The notes under the pieces are model-generated. The model worked only from the letters and a program-made list of their open reading frames with translations. It had not been told where the DNA came from and did not search any database. The position numbers were made by a program, and so were the translations under genes. 64,000 nt of DNA from contig JAVKEJ010000053.1 in the NCBI GenBank assembly GCA_040221475.1, positions 648,918 through 712,917 of the forward strand, in the 5' to 3' direction. Source of the DNA: Rhodospirillaceae bacterium. Its GTDB lineage: Bacteria; Pseudomonadota; Alphaproteobacteria; Rhodospirillales; Rhodospirillaceae. Shown here in pieces: positions 18,417 through 26,754 of the stretch. How positions within the stretch are numbered: the first letter of the stretch is position 1; every line of letters begins with the position of its first letter.

Positions 18417-19622
18417 TTATGCTGGCTTGGTGCCATAAATATTGCGGTTGCTATACCACGCGGGCGAGCCCTCTTTATTAACGTCAAATCCTGCGCGCTC
18501 CATATCACCTGCGAAGTCCATATCTTTATATTCTATGCGCCAAACTTCATTGTTCCAACGATGGTCTTTCCATTCTTGATACTGTGAGTAAGCCCCAGGC
18601 ACGCCCCGTCGACCACCAGTGTAGAAATCAATGGGGAAATAAATCCCACCGGGTCTCAGAATCCTATTAGCTTCCTTGAAAATCGCACGTGACACGTCCG
18701 CAGGCACTTCATGGTGAACAATGTAACTCGCTACAATATCAAAGTGCCCTTCAGGGAACTTAGTATCTTCTGCCAGACGTTGAGCGAAGTTAACGGCAAC
18801 ACCCTGATCAACAGCACGCATATGTCCATAGCGCAACATCGGGCCACCAACATCAACACCCCAGACCTCAGCATTCGGGAAGCGCTCAGCCAGAGCCACG
18901 GCGAACTGCCCTAAGCCACAACCGATATCCAGGATACGCTTCACGTCTTTACCGTCTTCGGGAACGGGCAGTTGCTCAGCCAAGCGCGCATGATGCTGGT
19001 CTTGATAATTGTCCGTCGCACGCGCCGAATAAAATGCGTTTGTGCCATAATGATACAAGTGGCCAGCGAACGGATTTCCGACATACCCACCAGGCTGCAT
19101 GTGTATTTCGTGCTTGGCATAAGTTGGAATATCCAGACCAGGATTTAGCTCTAAAGAACCCGGTCCAATCTTGTCGTAATCTGCCATCTCATCCAGATAG
19201 GTGTCCGCATCATCGGCAAAGGCGTTATAGAAATTCTTATGCGCGAAGCGCTGGCTATAAACCCGCATTAACCCTTCAGTGCCAACCACATGATCATCCG
19301 CTATGATCTCGTGAATTTTCTCCATCGGCAGTTCTTCGCTGGGATCATGACCACTGGCAGCAAGAACTTTCTCAAACCGTTCTTTTGCAGCACGTTGTAC
19401 CGTCGAACCCCGCCAATTTCGAAACCCTGTGAGAAAGTCATCACGCCCTTCAGCATCCAAAGTCGGAAGGCGCTCTAAACGACCCAGAGCTCCACGTTTT
19501 TCAACATCTGGCAAGGTTACAGGTGTTGACGTATTAGCAGCCGCTTTCCGGCCCGTTAGCGCAGTGCTAATGGCTGTCGTCAAGCCAGCGGCGGCACCAA
19601 ACAAAGTGCGGCGTTCCAACAT
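18417..19622 (-). CDS. Class I SAM-dependent methyltransferase-like protein with twin-arginine leader
   Basis: MLERRTLFGAAAGLTTAISTALTGRKAAA leader. Motif I ILDIGCGLGQ, WGVDVGG, FDIVASYIVHHE, LRPGGIYF. Close paralog of 17203..18402. Confidence 0.75.
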   Translation of the reverse strand: MLERRTLFGAAAGLTTAISTALTGRKAAANTSTPVTLPDVEKRGALGRLERLPTLDAEGRDDFLTGFRNWRGSTVQRAAKERFEKVLAASGHDPSEELPMEKIHEIIADDHVVGTEGLMRVYSQRFAHKNFYNAFADDADTYLDEMADYDKIGPGSLELNPGLDIPTYAKHEIHMQPGGYVGNPFAGHLYHYGTNAFYSARATDNYQDQHHARLAEQLPVPEDGKDVKRILDIGCGLGQFAVALAERFPNAEVWGVDVGGPMLRYGHMRAVDQGVAVNFAQRLAEDTKFPEGHFDIVASYIVHHEVPADVSRAIFKEANRILRPGGIYFPIDFYTGGRRGVPGAYSQYQEWKDHRWNNEVWRIEYKDMDFAGDMERAGFDVNKEGSPAWYSNRNIYGTKPA

Positions 19623-19802
19623 AAGAAATCTCCCTATTCACGTTTTTCCTAGTATAGCGCCATTTATAGACTTGCGCGACCAATCTGGATGGACAAACGT
19701 ACATTGTGTGAACACGCGAATAATCAACACCTCTATTCACGGCCTCAAACAAGAAAAACTGATAAGTTTCAGATAGTTGGTTGATAACCAAAGAGACCAC
19801 AT

Positions 19803-20603
19803 ATGATACTTTTGCCCACCCCAAAATTGATCGAGACAGAGAATCCCGCTCACCTGGATTTTCTTCACCGCAAAATCCTGTACGCGCTAGATGATCGCCC
19901 GGTCTATTGGTGGAAACGGGGCACAAAATATGGCGTGGTCAATGGCGAAGCCAAGGCTATGTGGAATATGTGGGTGTTTTTTGTTCAGCGCGTTCTTGAG
20001 CACCGTTCAGATCGTTTTGATGTGACTTCACTCGAAGCCGTCTACCTTACCGATCCTGACACCGGTGACGTATTGGAAAACTGGTACAATTTCTACACGG
20101 ATCAAAGACTGCCCGTTCCAGGTCAACTCATGGGGCCAGAAACACAAACTTTTCTGAGTGATGGCAGCAGCATTGCATCCAGCCCCCTGCCCGGCCTCGA
20201 CATTAAACGTAAACATACTCTCGGCCCCGCGACTATTGTTGGTGATGATCTTTGGTTTTCATTTGACTCATCTGCCATCGTCACACGGTCACGAGACGGA
20301 GAAGAAAAGCGATTCCGGATCAATGACCTGGAAACCTTTAATGCTAAGGTCAGCGATGTTCTTGACCCAGATGTATTAAGCGCGCCGGCCAGTGCAACGC
20401 TCCATCTTATCTCAAGCTGGCAAGGCTGGCTCGGCATGGAGGGTTATCCAGGTAGTCAGGTGACACGATTGGTGGCGCGCAAGGCATTTCAATTTGATAA
20501 CATTCCGGATGAACTGCAGCAGATCATGCACCGCTATCACCCTGAAATAGCTTCTGACCCTGTCTCATCCTTAGATCGCAGCCCAGAAAGCTTTGAAGAC
20601 TAG
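19803..20603 (+). CDS. DUF1838-family protein, leaderless paralog
   Basis: 266 aa with no signal. Shares blocks with the other two copies (e.g. ..DP.TG.....F.NPYT/NFYTDQ..PV.., GDD.W.., W.GW..M.G.PG). Confidence 0.6.
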   Translation: MILLPTPKLIETENPAHLDFLHRKILYALDDRPVYWWKRGTKYGVVNGEAKAMWNMWVFFVQRVLEHRSDRFDVTSLEAVYLTDPDTGDVLENWYNFYTDQRLPVPGQLMGPETQTFLSDGSSIASSPLPGLDIKRKHTLGPATIVGDDLWFSFDSSAIVTRSRDGEEKRFRINDLETFNAKVSDVLDPDVLSAPASATLHLISSWQGWLGMEGYPGSQVTRLVARKAFQFDNIPDELQQIMHRYHPEIASDPVSSLDRSPESFED

Positions 20604-21562
20604 TCTTCGATATCTCGTGCGACACGGAAGCCAAAGCCGGTTCCAGTTGTCGTGGCTAGAATACGCAGGCGCGTCGCCGGTCTCAGCAATCCAGGAAAGC
20701 CCGCCCAAGAACCGCCTTTCGCAACCCAAGCGCGGCAACTGCGCTTTGAAAAGGGTTTACCATCGCGGGGAATATCTTGATGCGTTTCTTCATAACAGTC
20801 AGCGGTCCATTCAGAGACATTGCCTGCCAAGTCATAGAAACCAAATGGATTTGGCGCGAAGCTTGCTGTCGGTGATGTGAAGACATAGCCATCATCGCAG
20901 TCTGCATATTGACCATATGGAATATCTGGAACATTAGGAACAAAGCTCAAATCAGCACCATTCTGATAGCTGCAAGCATTCGTCCATTCCTCACCCCAAA
21001 AAGTGGCCTGGGTTGCCGATGTTTGTCCGGCACGCGCGGCGTACTCATACTCAGCCTCGCTGGGAAGACGATACGACTGTCCCGTCTTCTTAGACAGCCA
21101 GTTGATATAAGCGAGAATGGCAGCACGGCGCACACAAGCAACAGGATGATCATCAGTCACCTCGAAGCCTGGATCCTGCCAATTTAACTTTGGTTGCACC
21201 GACCAACCTGAACTCGTCAGATGAAAACATCCAGGCTTAATTTTATAACCAGTGTCTTCAATAAACTCTGCAAACTGACCATAGGTTACTTCCATTTGCC
21301 CTAAGGCGAATGACGATGCAAAAACCACCTCAATCCGTGGACCTTCGTTCGCAGACATCCGATCAAGCATTTGCCATCGTCGGCCTTCTTCTTGATCGGC
21401 CCCGATGGTCACACTTCCCGGCGGCACCTCAATCATCACTGGGCATGTTTCACAGTCTTTGAAGGTGTTTCTTTCAGCCGCGACAATGGGCACGCCACCC
21501 ATAACGAAGAAAAGCAAACAAACACCTAGAATTGAACGAAAAACGATTTTCAAAACTACCAT
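20600..21562 (-). CDS. FGE-sulfatase (SUMF1/EgtB/PvdO) family protein with N-terminal signal/anchor
   Basis: Family blocks ..MEVTYGQFAEFIEDTGY.., HPVACV, YRLPSEAEYEYAARAG, NPFGFYDLAGNVSEWT, KGGSW, GFRVARD. Start taken at ATG 21562 (MVVLKIVFRSILGVCLLFF...), which overlaps the stop of the upstream SDR ORF (ATGGTAG). Confidence 0.8.
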   Translation of the reverse strand: MVVLKIVFRSILGVCLLFFVMGGVPIVAAERNTFKDCETCPVMIEVPPGSVTIGADQEEGRRWQMLDRMSANEGPRIEVVFASSFALGQMEVTYGQFAEFIEDTGYKIKPGCFHLTSSGWSVQPKLNWQDPGFEVTDDHPVACVRRAAILAYINWLSKKTGQSYRLPSEAEYEYAARAGQTSATQATFWGEEWTNACSYQNGADLSFVPNVPDIPYGQYADCDDGYVFTSPTASFAPNPFGFYDLAGNVSEWTADCYEETHQDIPRDGKPFSKRSCRAWVAKGGSWAGFPGLLRPATRLRILATTTGTGFGFRVARDIED

Positions 21563-22095
21563 GACTGAAGACGCCCTTTCCAATCGAGGAAAACGCTACT
21601 CTGCTCCGGGGTCAATTCGTCAATAACCGTGACCATGCCATCAACACTCTCCGATGGAGACCTAAAGTCCGGAACATCAAATTCTTCTAGTTTCTCAACT
21701 TTTACGCCTCCGGGGTGAAGGCTTGCGACAATTATACCGTCTGGTGCAGTTGCGCGGGCGACTGTAATCATCGCCATGTTCAAGGCGGCGTTGCTGATCA
21801 AATTATCAATGGCTGTCCCGTGGTACTTATCGGCGACTTCCTGAATCATATCCAAATCACGAACGTCAATACGTTCCACCGTTACGGTATTTGGGTAGCT
21901 TTGTTGCAAGTTTGCTAGAGTTTCTGGTGTCGTCGTCCGACGGTGTGTCGCAATCACAATAGCGCCCCTCGCCGCATATTGTTTTGCAAACTCAAGACCG
22001 ATCCCACTGTTTGCGCCAGCAATGAGGACCGTTTCCGCAGATGCCGTTGACGCTAGAAGCATAAGAAAGGCACCGCCCAAATGTAATAATTTCAA
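21556..22095 (-). CDS. Short-chain dehydrogenase/reductase remnant with signal peptide; catalytic Ser-Tyr-Lys region missing
   Basis: Leader MKLLHLGGAFLMLLASTASA runs directly into the dinucleotide loop IAGANSGIGLEF. NNAG-like ISNAA then continues straight into ALNMAMI...LHPGGVKVE. No YxxxK anywhere. 179 aa, versus the ~230-250 aa I recall as typical. Confidence 0.6.
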   Translation of the reverse strand: MKLLHLGGAFLMLLASTASAETVLIAGANSGIGLEFAKQYAARGAIVIATHRRTTTPETLANLQQSYPNTVTVERIDVRDLDMIQEVADKYHGTAIDNLISNAALNMAMITVARATAPDGIIVASLHPGGVKVEKLEEFDVPDFRSPSESVDGMVTVIDELTPEQSSVFLDWKGRLQSW

Positions 22096-22207
22096 TGACG
22101 TGCTCCCAGCAGCTTTTAGAAATGCACGCGTTATTAAGCGTAACCATCTCTGCGATAAGAGTGTGAATATTCACCTTAGAAAGCTCACATTATGAACATT
22201 GACGGTC

Positions 22208-23086
22208 TTAGTTTTCGGTCTTAACCGGCTTCTGAACCGAGTCGATATAACTCGGTCCCTGATCAAACTCTGGAGAAACATCGAATACATCACTCAAGGT
22301 CCGGGCCCGCTCAATATAAGCATCATCTAAGTCATCGATAGAATTCAGCTTTGTACCTTCAAAATGCCAGATCAAATAGCCATCCACATCGGCCATATCG
22401 AGCCACCGGCTAAACTTACCTGTATACCAACCCGATGATGTCGCGCGCGCACTCTTATGAGCCTCGCTGAGAGCTTCTTCTGCTGGCGCGAAGTAAGTGT
22501 GAACTTCATAAATTGGTTTGGGTGCCACAGGCGCAAAGTTTTCCGTCAGGAACAGCCGAATGGTCTCGTTGTCCAAGCGCCAATCCAGTGAAACCGGTTT
22601 TTCCTCGTACATCTCTGGAAAACGCTGGCGCGAGATTGGGAAGTAACTACCCATAGGCGTAAAAACCTCGCCATCTTGCCGCCGCTGCATTGTAGACACC
22701 AATGGCGTTGCCCGGCCGGTGATGGGGTTAATGAACATGTCGATAAACTCACCCGTCACCGGATCAACAAAATAATTCAATGCCGATGGAAAACGCCGAT
22801 ACACACCCTCACCTTCGTTGCGCCACCACGATCTTTGAGCACCACGTGTTTGCAACAGGGGAACAACGCCGTCTTCGGTTAACGCAAACAACCTGCTTGA
22901 AGATTGCCAAACACTCTCACCATCATCCGTACGGCCCAAAATACGCACTTTAGCTTTAACTTGATTCTCCGGTGACTCTGGAAGCACCGAGACTGTTGCA
23001 GAAGCAGATTGAGACCAAATGGGGACGGCACTGGCCCCGAGCCCCAACGCGCCAATGAGTGTCGTCGCATCTCGTCGCGAAACCAT
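22208..23086 (-). CDS. DUF1838-family protein with twin-arginine leader
   Basis: MVSRRDATTLIGALGLGASAVPIWSQSASA leader. The body is collinear with the other DUF1838-like ORFs. It starts 2 nt after the stop of 23089..23895. Confidence 0.6.
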   Translation of the reverse strand: MVSRRDATTLIGALGLGASAVPIWSQSASATVSVLPESPENQVKAKVRILGRTDDGESVWQSSSRLFALTEDGVVPLLQTRGAQRSWWRNEGEGVYRRFPSALNYFVDPVTGEFIDMFINPITGRATPLVSTMQRRQDGEVFTPMGSYFPISRQRFPEMYEEKPVSLDWRLDNETIRLFLTENFAPVAPKPIYEVHTYFAPAEEALSEAHKSARATSSGWYTGKFSRWLDMADVDGYLIWHFEGTKLNSIDDLDDAYIERARTLSDVFDVSPEFDQGPSYIDSVQKPVKTEN

Positions 23087-23088
23087 AC

Positions 23089-23895
23089 TTATTGCCCTAT
23101 CTCAACAATATCCAAACTCACGGTTTCAAATATTGACCCTGTCACATCGCCAAACTTAAGATTCATCCTCAGCAAGGCTCGGTCTTCCTTAGTTAACAAC
23201 ACCTCCGTACCACTGAGCATCTGAAACTTGTCTGACATCAGCCTTGTGCCATCAGGTAAGGTGAACTCTTCCTCACCCAAGTATGTGTATTCAGATGTCA
23301 CGATGTTTCCAATCATCGTCTCGTGCCGCGAACCACCCATCCAATACACACCGTGTGGCTGTTCACCAGGGGCATCGAAATCGTATTTCAGGAAGTGCAA
23401 GCCATCTGCTGACGCCGGCCCCGTCGCCAACGAGTCCAAGCCGTCAAACGCCTCAACCTCTTCAACAATAATCCCCTCACCCACGCGTTCAAACATAAGA
23501 TCAGAAGCTGCGACGGACGCTGACTCTTCCCGCTTCACAACATAAGCAGAGCCAAGCACACCTTTGCGCGACCAATTGTTCATGTAAGCCTCTCGAGCAG
23601 TTCCGTCGGCATCGACCCAAATCATGGCGTGGCGTGCTTCACCGGCTCGAATGTTGTCGGAAACGACATGCATGTACCGGGATCCATCATCATGGACGTA
23701 CATCGACCAATACTCCGAGGCGCATGGCGCATTATTCTTCATCGGTTCCCGGCACTCGGTCGTGCCACGAAGAATTTTTACAATGCCAGGTTTACGATCG
23801 GCCGGTTCAATGAACGCGGGTTGAGCCGTTGCTGATGTGGCAACAAGCACTATTGCCGTCGATACTAAAATCCCTAAACCAAACTGCATCCTCAT
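23089..23895 (-). CDS. Secreted hypothetical protein
   Basis: Sec leader MRMQFGLGILVSTAIVLVATSATAQP. No recognisable family by eye. First gene of the minus-strand unit ending with the FGE-like gene. Confidence 0.55.
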   Translation of the reverse strand: MRMQFGLGILVSTAIVLVATSATAQPAFIEPADRKPGIVKILRGTTECREPMKNNAPCASEYWSMYVHDDGSRYMHVVSDNIRAGEARHAMIWVDADGTAREAYMNNWSRKGVLGSAYVVKREESASVAASDLMFERVGEGIIVEEVEAFDGLDSLATGPASADGLHFLKYDFDAPGEQPHGVYWMGGSRHETMIGNIVTSEYTYLGEEEFTLPDGTRLMSDKFQMLSGTEVLLTKEDRALLRMNLKFGDVTGSIFETVSLDIVEIGQ

Positions 23896-24112
23896 ACTCC
23901 CGAGTCAAAGTTATAGACTGTCCTCATAGTCTCAAAGTTTAGAATACGGACCCAATTTGAGTCCCCCAACAGATAAATAATGGTTAAATACCCAGCTGTC
24001 GGGCGCATTCTAAAACCCATAAAGCCACGCTCAACATCGCCGCAACCTTAAGTACTGGCGTTAAAGCGCCATTTCAGGCATGAAAAATTCAATGACCTGT
24101 GGAAACCAAGCT

Positions 24113-24655
24113 ATGTCACAAACCATCATCGCCCTATCTAAAAGTCGGGCTCATACGTTTACTAAAACCCAAGAGCATTCTATCCGCCTGCTGGAAGGCT
24201 TGGGAGTTGAGGGAGACACCCATGCTGGAAAAACAGATCAACACCGCTCTCATGCCGCGCGCAACCCAGAGGCACCGAATCTGCGGCAGGTTCACCTCAT
24301 TCACGCAGAATTGCACGATGAGTTGAAAACAAAAGGATTTAACGTAGGACCAGGTCAAATGGGCGAAAACATTACGACCCGCGGTGTTGACCTCTTATCC
24401 CTACCCGTTGGTACGCGCTTGCATCTTGGCAAGGACGCCATTGTTGAACTGACCGGTCTTAGAAATCCATGTAAACAACTCAACACCATTCAAGATAGGC
24501 TGATGCAAGAGACTATCGAAAAGAAGCCCGATGGCACAATTGTTCGCAAGTCGGGTGTTATGTCGATTGTTATTGCTGGTGGCGACGTGTTTCTTAACGA
24601 TACTATTCGCGTCGAATTACCAGTTAAACCGCATCGGGCGATGGAGCCGGTTTAG
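24113..24655 (+). CDS. MOSC domain protein (YiiM-like)
   Basis: GVEGDTHAG...GQMGENITTRGVDL...GLRNPCKQLN motifs. Start set to MSQTIIAL (ATG 24113). The track start is 24080. Confidence 0.75.
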   Translation: MSQTIIALSKSRAHTFTKTQEHSIRLLEGLGVEGDTHAGKTDQHRSHAARNPEAPNLRQVHLIHAELHDELKTKGFNVGPGQMGENITTRGVDLLSLPVGTRLHLGKDAIVELTGLRNPCKQLNTIQDRLMQETIEKKPDGTIVRKSGVMSIVIAGGDVFLNDTIRVELPVKPHRAMEPV

Positions 24656-25745
24656 TTTTATTTAAGGCCAGCTTCTTCCACCACAGCCAAGCACCGGTCA
24701 CAAACAAAAACGGCATAATCAATCCAGACAATAAAACGATAAATCGCCCAAAGTTCCCCAATACTTCTCCGGAATGAATGGGAAAAGCCCAATCTTCCGC
24801 AAGGGCTAACCCAACCAACTCATCGGAGTTCCTGATCGCAGTCACGCGGCCCGTATGGCGCTCGAAGAAAACACGGTTCAAGGCACGGACGTTGGCATTA
24901 CCCGTATCCAAAAAGGTCACAACCACAATGCTGCGTGCTAAGCGGATGTAGCTTAGATCCCGGATCGGGTCATTGGGGAATCTTTCACGCGCAACTTCAA
25001 TTAAGGAATCAATCGGAACAGACTCACCTGAATGATCTGCGGACGCTCCTGCGGCTGCAAAAACACCAAAGCCACCAGAGTCATCAAGTTTGATTGAGGG
25101 CAGTGTGAGCAATCCGAAAATCATCTTTCCTGACAAAGCGACTACAAACAGTAAGAGAAATGCATACGCGCCACTGACGCGATGGAGGCCGAATAAAAAA
25201 CGGCGTAACGGCCTTCTCTTTATCGCAAGTGCCTGCTTGAAAGTTTCACGGCGAGGCCACCATAAATACAATCCCGACGCACTCATTAACATCATGATCA
25301 ACGCACCCGCATGTACGGCATTGATGCCCGGCGTTCCGGCAGAAACTTGCTCATGAAGTCTGAACATCAGCTCAAAAGGATACTCATATTTACTCCCCCA
25401 TCCTGTAATTTCACCTGTGTAGGAATTCATGCTGACATACATATTTGGTGAAGGTGCGTTATCCCACACACGAATAAAATAGGCTTCGTTAGGCTTTTGC
25501 GGAAAAACGATGCTCAGGACATTATGCGGAATGTCTGGAAAAGTTTGACTGAAGGACTCGAGAACAGCCGAGATGGCCAGAAACGGCTTATTCTGCGGTT
25601 CAATCAGCATTTCTTCTGCATGCAACCAATGGTTCCCCGCATGCCGGTAGGCTACAGCCGCACCTGTAAGTCCCTGAAAGGCCAAAAATAGGCCAATGAC
25701 TAGACCGCACCATAAGTGCACTTGAAACAGTACTTTCCGCAGCAT
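24624..25745 (-). CDS. PepSY-associated TM helix domain membrane protein
   Basis: N-terminal FQVHLWCGLVIGLFLAFQGLTGAAVAY signature, further TM segments, C-terminal IHSGE..G......L.G motif. The 3' end overlaps the MOSC gene by 32 nt (convergent). Confidence 0.7.
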   Translation of the reverse strand: MLRKVLFQVHLWCGLVIGLFLAFQGLTGAAVAYRHAGNHWLHAEEMLIEPQNKPFLAISAVLESFSQTFPDIPHNVLSIVFPQKPNEAYFIRVWDNAPSPNMYVSMNSYTGEITGWGSKYEYPFELMFRLHEQVSAGTPGINAVHAGALIMMLMSASGLYLWWPRRETFKQALAIKRRPLRRFLFGLHRVSGAYAFLLLFVVALSGKMIFGLLTLPSIKLDDSGGFGVFAAAGASADHSGESVPIDSLIEVARERFPNDPIRDLSYIRLARSIVVVTFLDTGNANVRALNRVFFERHTGRVTAIRNSDELVGLALAEDWAFPIHSGEVLGNFGRFIVLLSGLIMPFLFVTGAWLWWKKLALNKTKPAPSPDAV

Positions 25746-25968
25746 GTGTTCCCCTTCCCCGAATTATCCTGTCACTGCAGTACCACAGTTCGCAATCCCC
25801 TTCTCACCGGCATACATGGGTCATTATTGATGACTCACCCTCCTATCTCAAAGATTACTCAAACCGCCAAAGTCATATGCTCAGGGACGATTGTCGCCGT
25901 TCTGTAACACTACCCGAAGCCATCTCTAGCGTAGGATTGCGCTTGCGAATTAAAATGCAGGAGTAGCT

Positions 25969-26235
25969 ATGCTCTATATGGTGGTCGAGCAGTTCAAGGA
26001 CGATAACGCACAGGCCGTTTACGAACGGTATTTCGATAAGGGCCGCATGATGCCGGAAGGCATGACGTATATAAGCAGTTGGGTCACGATAGACCTCACC
26101 CGGTGCTACCAAATCGTGGAGTGCGAAGATGAAGCTCAGCTCCAAACCTGGATGGACAACTGGACGGATCTGGTAGACTTCTTCATCCGCCCTGTTGTAC
26201 CTGGGGCAGATATGATGAGAGCCTTTCAATCCTAG
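25969..26235 (+). CDS. DUF3303-family small protein
   Basis: MLYMVVEQFKDDNAQAVYERY...GRMMPEGMTYISSWV....RCYQIVECED pattern typical of DUF3303. Confidence 0.6.
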   Translation: MLYMVVEQFKDDNAQAVYERYFDKGRMMPEGMTYISSWVTIDLTRCYQIVECEDEAQLQTWMDNWTDLVDFFIRPVVPGADMMRAFQS

Positions 26236-26246
26236 GAGCCTCCAAA

Positions 26247-26675
26247 ATGATCCACGGCCAATGCCTCTGCGGCAAAGTTACCTACCAAATAGATGTGCCA
26301 GATGATCATCTCGGCGAAACCAATTATTGCTACTGCAATGAATGCAGGCGCGCCAATGGCACCGCTTTTTCAGCCAATGTTGCGGTTCCCGCAAGCAGCT
26401 ACATGCTGCTCACAGGACAAGAGTTGATTACGGAATATGAATCTTCGCCAGGAAATCATCGAGCCTTCTGTTCGGCGTGCGGCTCACCTGTGCATGGTAA
26501 AAAAGGATCAGACCCAGACCATACTCGCGTGCGACTAGGGGGCCTTGATAACGCAGCCAAGGTCAAACCCAATTCACATGCATGGACCAGTGAAAAGCCT
26601 GCTTGGTACAATATCGAAGGTTATTTGAAGCGCTTCAAGCAGGCTGCGGATGGAACTGGCGGAACACCAACGTAA
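26247..26675 (+). CDS. GFA (glutathione-dependent formaldehyde-activating / CENP-V) family protein
   Basis: Cys motifs GQCLCGKV, YCYCNECRRANG, FCSACGSPV. Confidence 0.75.
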   Translation: MIHGQCLCGKVTYQIDVPDDHLGETNYCYCNECRRANGTAFSANVAVPASSYMLLTGQELITEYESSPGNHRAFCSACGSPVHGKKGSDPDHTRVRLGGLDNAAKVKPNSHAWTSEKPAWYNIEGYLKRFKQAADGTGGTPT

Positions 26676-26686
26676 TATAAACTCTG

Positions 26687-26718
26687 AAAAAAGAGCCGGT
26701 GATGCGATGCACCACCGG
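26687..26718 (-). terminator. Probable intrinsic terminator of amtB
   Basis: The minus strand reads CCGGTG-(11 nt loop)-CACCGG followed by CTCTTTTTTCAG, 37 nt past the amtB stop. Confidence 0.45.
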
Positions 26719-26754
26719 GTGAGTTAGACTAGACTATAAATCTTTAGTGTAAGT

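Noticed and set aside
20600-21562. EgtB/OvoA-type thiol-histidine (ergothioneine/ovothiol) biosynthesis, suggested by FGE-like plus methyltransferase genes
   Set aside because: The FGE-like protein lacks the N-terminal DinB domain and carries a signal/anchor. The methyltransferases are ~400 aa with Tat leaders and do not look like EgtD. The resemblance is only at the fold-family level.
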